32,000 nt of DNA from Nitrospirota bacterium. GTDB lineage: Bacteria > Nitrospirota > UBA9217. Position 1 is the first letter of the stretch; each line of letters opens with the position of its first letter. The stretch lies in NCBI GenBank assembly GCA_020052615.1, contig JAGVOT010000122.1:1-32000 (forward strand), in the 5' to 3' direction. The notes beneath the pieces were generated by a model, which did no database searches, was not told the DNA's origin, and was given only the letters and a program-made list of their open reading frames with translations. Position numbers and translations under genes: made by a program. Below, piece by piece: positions 27,704-32,000 of this stretch.

Positions 27704-29340
27704 TGACCCGGAATGATGACGTCCAGAACCATGAATGGCTCGATAGATACAAGAAAAAGATCATTCTCGGGATCGCAGCTCTCATGACGTTGAGCCTCAC
27801 CGTCACGATGATCTATATCGCCTGCACCATGCGTTCCCGGCTCCTGGAGGAGCGCGCGGTCCAGGCGGAAGAGCTCGGGACCATACTCCACTCGAGTCTC
27901 AATCACCTCATGGAGTCCCGCGATCCGGGAAAAATGCAGGACGCGCTTGTCGTCATCGGGAAAGAGAACCCGGCCATCGTCAGGGCGTTCATCCTTGACA
28001 ACAGGGGGAAGGTGGCATACTCATCGCACGAACAGGACATCGGCGTCACCATCGACCGGTTCTCGGATGTTTCCTGCACGGGCTGCCACAATGGTCCGGT
28101 CACCGTGCCCCATGACAGGACCATGACCGTGACCGTTGATGACAAACGGGTCCTGCGGCATGTCCATATCATTGAGAACCGTCCCTCCTGCCACCGGTGC
28201 CATCCGGCCGGGGTCCGGATAAACGGGAAACTCGTCATCGATAGCTCCCTGGAACCCACGGATTCCCTGATCCGTACGGTCATCCTGATCATCCTCGGTT
28301 CTTCGTTCGCCTGTCTGGCCGTCCTTATCCCGTTCCTGTGGCGGACCCTGTCAAAAGGCGTCAATACCTATATCAATGAGATCCGCATGAAATCGGCTGA
28401 ACTCCTGATCCTCTACAGCATCGTCGACCGCTTGAGCGCGACAATAGAATTTGAGGAGCTGAAACAGATAGTCATCGAGATCATCAGTGATGCACTGGGC
28501 GCCGACGAGATCGACATGGTCCTCCCGAACGAATACCGCGAGCTTGGCGTGATCGTATGGACGAGGAACAGGAGCGCCATGGTCAGGAAGAAGGTCGAGG
28601 TCGCATCAGCGCTCCATGATATCATCTATGGGTGGGTGGAAGGCAGGATCACGGAACACACCATCGTCAACAATGGAAAAGAGATCCATATGCCAGTTGC
28701 CAAAGCCGGTAATCGTCTTGCTTTCATTATTATACGCAGCACGTCCGGCGTGTTCGAGCCGTACCAGCTTACCCTCGTCCGGGGAATGGCGAACCACATC
28801 TCCGTGGCCTTTGAGAATGCCCTGTTATACCGCATGGCCATCACGGACGAACTGACGGGACTCTATTCGAGCCGTCACTTCAGGCAGGCCATCGGGAAGA
28901 AATACTCCCTGTTCCATGAGTTCGGGGAAAAGATGACGCTCCTCATGATCGACATAGACAATTTCAAGAGGATCAACGATACTTACGGCCATCCCGCAGG
29001 CGATGCGATCCTGAAGGAAGTGGGGAAATGCATTTTGAGCTCGATCAGGGAGCCGGACCTGGGATTTCGGTATGGCGGCGAGGAGTTCGCCGTGATCCTG
29101 CCCGCGTCCGACATTCCAGCCGGGAAGGTGGTCGCAGAACGAATGCGCGCCTTGATCGAGCACTACCCGTTCAAGGCAGATCAACACGTCCTGAAGGTGA
29201 CCGTGAGCATTGGCGTTGCTTCCTGGCCGGCAAGCGCTGAGAGCATCAAGGAGGTCATCGCCGAGGCCGATAAGGCGCTGTACGATGCAAAGCACGGCGG
29301 GAAGAACCAGGTTGTCGTGCGGGCTCGTGGTGAAAAGTAA
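27703..29340 (+). CDS. diguanylate cyclase: TM, periplasmic domain with two CXXCH motifs, TM, GAF, GGDEF
   Basis: The active site is RYGGEEF. An RxxD I-site (REPD) lies five residues upstream. Also present are DIDNFKRINDTYGH, and CTGCH and CHRCH between the two TM segments. The start is the ATG at 27703 or the TTG at 27700. Confidence 0.9.
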   Translation: MTRNDDVQNHEWLDRYKKKIILGIAALMTLSLTVTMIYIACTMRSRLLEERAVQAEELGTILHSSLNHLMESRDPGKMQDALVVIGKENPAIVRAFILDNRGKVAYSSHEQDIGVTIDRFSDVSCTGCHNGPVTVPHDRTMTVTVDDKRVLRHVHIIENRPSCHRCHPAGVRINGKLVIDSSLEPTDSLIRTVILIILGSSFACLAVLIPFLWRTLSKGVNTYINEIRMKSAELLILYSIVDRLSATIEFEELKQIVIEIISDALGADEIDMVLPNEYRELGVIVWTRNRSAMVRKKVEVASALHDIIYGWVEGRITEHTIVNNGKEIHMPVAKAGNRLAFIIIRSTSGVFEPYQLTLVRGMANHISVAFENALLYRMAITDELTGLYSSRHFRQAIGKKYSLFHEFGEKMTLLMIDIDNFKRINDTYGHPAGDAILKEVGKCILSSIREPDLGFRYGGEEFAVILPASDIPAGKVVAERMRALIEHYPFKADQHVLKVTVSIGVASWPASAESIKEVIAEADKALYDAKHGGKNQVVVRARGEK

Positions 29341-29385
29341 GATGTGCGAATTTAGAAGGAGGAAGGAAAAAGCAACAAATGCCGT

Positions 29386-30513
29386 CTAGAGCGGCAGTTT
29401 CTTCGTTTCCTCAAGCGCCGGTGATGCATCGCTCAGGGACTGGAGCTTGTCTTCGAATTTTGCGAGTTTCTTGTCTGCTTCGTCATATCTCGATTTCGTA
29501 TTCGTCAGATGCTTTCCCACCAGGTCGAATTCTTCCTGGAACTTCCGGAAATCCCCCGACAGCCTCGCGAGGCTGGTCAGGATGTCCTGGGCGCGCTCCT
29601 CGATGTGCATCCCCTTGAGGCCGAGCAGGATGGTCTGGAGATATGCGTAGAAGCTGTTCGGCGAGACCGGGATGACCCGTTTCGCGAAAGCGTAGTTCAG
29701 AAGGCCTTTGTCCGTGTCCATGGCCTCGTCCTTGATGATCAGCTCGTAGTACACGTTCTCCGCCGGGATGTACATGAGGGCGAAGTCGAAGGTCCCTTCG
29801 TCCGGCAGGATGTATTTCCCCGAGATGGCGTCGATGTGCTTCTTCACGTCGGCGATGAACTTTCTCTTTGCCGCCCGCTGCTCCTCTTCCGACGATACCT
29901 CGATCACGCGTTTGAAGTTTTCCAGCGGGAACTTGGCATCCACCGGGACAAGGTTGTGGCCGAGCCGGATGACGGCGTCCACGACCTCGCCGCTCTTGAA
30001 CCGGTGCTGGAGGGTGAAGTGGGCGGGCGGCAGGATCTGGGCCAGGAGATCGCCGAGGAACAGTTCGCCCAAGCCGCCGCGCAGTTTCGGTGAACGCAGG
30101 ATCTCCTGCAGGCTCGCGATGTCCTTGCCCACCTCGAAGACCTTCTTCGTCGCCTCACCCAGGCTGCCGAGCCCTTTGCTTACCTCGGAAACGACCTTGG
30201 CCGCGTTGTCCAGCCGCGTGTTCAGGTCGCCCGTGGATTTCTGGAGCTGATCGGTGACCTGGCCGAGCCGTGTGTTCACCTGCGAGGTGATCTGCCCGAG
30301 CTGGGTATTCACCTGCTGCATGACATGGCCGAGCTGATGGTTGACCGCATCCTGGTTCTTGATCATGGCGTCGGAGAGCTGGCCGCGGAGCGACTGGACC
30401 TCCTGCTGCAGCAGATTCACGGCAGGGTCAACGGTCTTCTTCTGCGACTGGAAGATGAACCAGACGAGGAGGAGCAGGGTGAGCGCAAGAAGTATGAGGA
30501 TGGCGGTGAGCAT
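29386..30513 (-). CDS. rmuC: DNA recombination protein RmuC
   Basis: 375 aa. It has an N-terminal TM (LTAILILLALTLLLLVWFIF), a long coiled coil, and a C-terminal nuclease-like region with FALMYIPAENVYYE, as remembered for RmuC-family proteins. Confidence 0.82.
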   Translation of the reverse strand: MLTAILILLALTLLLLVWFIFQSQKKTVDPAVNLLQQEVQSLRGQLSDAMIKNQDAVNHQLGHVMQQVNTQLGQITSQVNTRLGQVTDQLQKSTGDLNTRLDNAAKVVSEVSKGLGSLGEATKKVFEVGKDIASLQEILRSPKLRGGLGELFLGDLLAQILPPAHFTLQHRFKSGEVVDAVIRLGHNLVPVDAKFPLENFKRVIEVSSEEEQRAAKRKFIADVKKHIDAISGKYILPDEGTFDFALMYIPAENVYYELIIKDEAMDTDKGLLNYAFAKRVIPVSPNSFYAYLQTILLGLKGMHIEERAQDILTSLARLSGDFRKFQEEFDLVGKHLTNTKSRYDEADKKLAKFEDKLQSLSDASPALEETKKLPL

Positions 30514-30752
30514 GGTGTTGGAATGCGAAAAACGTCAGACAGAGCGAGGCCTCTCTCCCATAATGACGTTCATTATACCATTCATAGCAGGAAGAGTAAA
30601 CTATTGCCATGACGACGGTAAAAAGAAAGCGCCCGTAAGCAGGGAGGAGGTGATCGAAGAGTAAAACCGGGACCAAGTCCCTGCCTTGGGCTGCAGGGAA
30701 GACAGCAAGGCGGCACGCTATATCTGCGCTCCGGCTGGAATCTGCTCCAGGG

Positions 30753-30782
30753 AAAAGAAGGCAGCCCTTGCGGGCCGCCTTC
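30753..30782 (-). terminator. rho-independent terminator downstream of the lipoprotein gene
   Basis: The minus strand reads GAAGGCGGCCC-GCAA-GGGCTGCCTTC followed by TTTTCCC. The stem pairs 10 of 11 positions. It lies about 25 nt after the stop at 30808. Confidence 0.65.
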
Positions 30783-30807
30783 TTCACAGCATCATGGTGC
30801 GTTGCGC

Positions 30808-31281
30808 TCAGTTCTTAATCCCGACGACATTCACCGGCACGGTACACCCGTCGTCAAGACAGGTCAGCGTCGCGGTCCCGCTGAAGCTCGTGCCCGCGGC
30901 ATTGATCGTGAGGTTGTATGACCCCCGCATATTGCTGCACCCGCCGACCGGATAGCGCGATCCGTTGAAGGTCACCACGTAACCGCTGATCGTGGCCGGG
31001 ACCGCGTTCGCCGCACCGGCCCGGGTATCGTAGACGCTCAGGCTGTTCCCTGACTGCGAGGCGACGACGCCTGTCCAGCCATCCCACGTTCCCAGGGGAA
31101 CGCCGCACGTGTTGCTTCCGCTCGACACGGTGTCGGTGATGTCCCAACTCGTTCCTGCAAGGTTCGTGAACGCCGGCGGACTCAGGGGGGTGGTCCCGCC
31201 TCCTCCCCCGCCTCCGCCACAGGCGGCCGTAAGAGCTGCGAACAACAATGCTGCGACTGCTGCGTACCCTTTCTTTTTCAT
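30808..31281 (-). CDS. small lipoprotein with a poly-Gly linker
   Basis: The ATG at 31281 is preceded by AAGGAGG. The signal and lipobox are MKKKGYAAVAALLFAALTAAC, followed by GGGGGGGG. The mature part is beta-rich with four Cys residues. The longer 31413 start is rejected. Confidence 0.75.
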   Translation of the reverse strand: MKKKGYAAVAALLFAALTAACGGGGGGGGTTPLSPPAFTNLAGTSWDITDTVSSGSNTCGVPLGTWDGWTGVVASQSGNSLSVYDTRAGAANAVPATISGYVVTFNGSRYPVGGCSNMRGSYNLTINAAGTSFSGTATLTCLDDGCTVPVNVVGIKN

Positions 31282-31589
31282 GCTTGCCCCTCCTTTTGAA
31301 TTGCCGGATGACGGCCCTGCACAAGCGCCCCCTATGATCCGGTTTGTAAGCAGTGGTGCACGCCCCACGGTTGCCCGGTCAGCCGGGATTCCGCTGAAAC
31401 CGCGGCCGAACAAGCCATCTTTCTACGGCTCGTACGGCGGCAGGTCCGCGATCATATCGTCCGTCACGGCGGAAAAGAACCCGCTCAGCCCCGCCTCCAG
31501 CTCCGGCTGAAAGAACCCCAGCACGATATTCGCCGTGTATGATCTATGATATCTTCCTTTCTCTTCGGGGATAGATGTCAACATCCCCG

Positions 31590-32000
31590 TCAATAGATCC
31601 CGCTCATGCCGCTGCCTGGTCCTGCAAAGAGATCGAACACCATCTCCGTTCCCGCTTCCGTGCCGTCGGTCCGCCAGAGCTCCCCGCCGGCGGCGTTCAC
31701 CGCTGTAAAATACGCGGCGCTTCCGGCAATGGTAAAGAACAGCGGTTTGCTGTCCATGCTGCCGGGATTGATGTCCCTCACCAGCGCCGTGCCCGATGCT
31801 GTTCCGTCGCTCTTCCAGAGCTCTCCGCCGTTCGACCCGTCATCGGCAACGAAATAGAGCGCGCCGCCCATCGCGCCGAGCGCGTAGGGAGCGCTGCTCC
31901 CGGCGCCCGGATTGATGTCCTTCACCAGCGCCGTTCCCGCCGCTGTCCCGTCGCTCGTCCAGAGCTCCATGCCGTTCGCGCCGTCATCGGCCCGGAAGTA
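31590..32000 (-). CDS. ELWxxDGT-repeat protein, C-terminal part (gene continues beyond the window)
   Basis: Three full repeats of the form ELW(T/K/R)(S/T)DGT..GT..V.DI.PG are present. The frame stays open to base 32000, and the upstream codons read YFRADDGANG, which matches the repeat register. Confidence 0.8.
   Translation of the reverse strand, partial: YFRADDGANGMELWTSDGTAAGTALVKDINPGAGSSAPYALGAMGGALYFVADDGSNGGELWKSDGTASGTALVRDINPGSMDSKPLFFTIAGSAAYFTAVNAAGGELWRTDGTEAGTEMVFDLFAGPGSGMSGIY

Noticed and set aside
30341-30787. ORFs 30341-30664 (+) and 30428-30787 (-) around the rmuC start.
   Set aside because: Both overlap the rmuC 5' end or the terminator hairpin. Both have odd composition and neither has a motif or ribosome-binding site.
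31109-31510. A plus-strand 133-aa ORF with a poly-Pro run.
   Set aside because: It lies antisense to the lipoprotein gene. The poly-Pro run is simply the complement of the Gly8 linker codons.

Overview
This is a GC-rich window with clearly AT-rich intergenic islands. The gene content suggests an anaerobic bacterium rich in multiheme cytochromes (Desulfobacterota- or Nitrospirota-like), but that placement is inference only. No rRNA, tRNA, CRISPR array, transposase or integrase was recognised.

Layout:
- 1-5350 (+): housekeeping genes carB (5'-truncated), greA, pyrK and pyrD.
- 5347-8207 (+): a sensor histidine kinase whose periplasmic domain carries one CXXCH motif, followed by a sigma54-dependent NtrC-type response regulator. 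The kinase start overlaps the pyrD stop.
- 8643-16942 (-): one long gene array. It encodes a FliF/FliG-like fusion protein, MotA, two MotB paralogues, a secreted TPR protein, a 19-heme 'doubled CXXCH' cytochrome and two paralogous hexaheme cytochromes. A sigma54-type promoter candidate lies upstream at about 17040.
- 16943-19723: an island with AT-rich flanks. It holds a secreted DUF1566+RCC1 beta-propeller protein and a small secreted protein.
- 19724-27042 (+): a second array with its own sigma54-type promoter candidate at 19651. It encodes a cytochrome with about 15 hemes, an octaheme cytochrome with an embedded OmpA-like domain, two NHL-repeat lipoproteins and Kup.
- 27374-29340 (+): a small cupin protein, then a GGDEF diguanylate cyclase whose periplasmic domain (two CXXCH motifs) is homologous to that of the kinase.
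- 29386-32000 (-): rmuC, a small lipoprotein, and a partial ELWxxDGT-repeat protein.

The most unusual element is the orphan flagellar-type rotor/stator cassette, which has no other flagellar genes nearby and sits in the same apparent operon as 31 heme-binding motifs. All domain calls come from reading the translated ORFs and from remembered family motifs. No database search was run.
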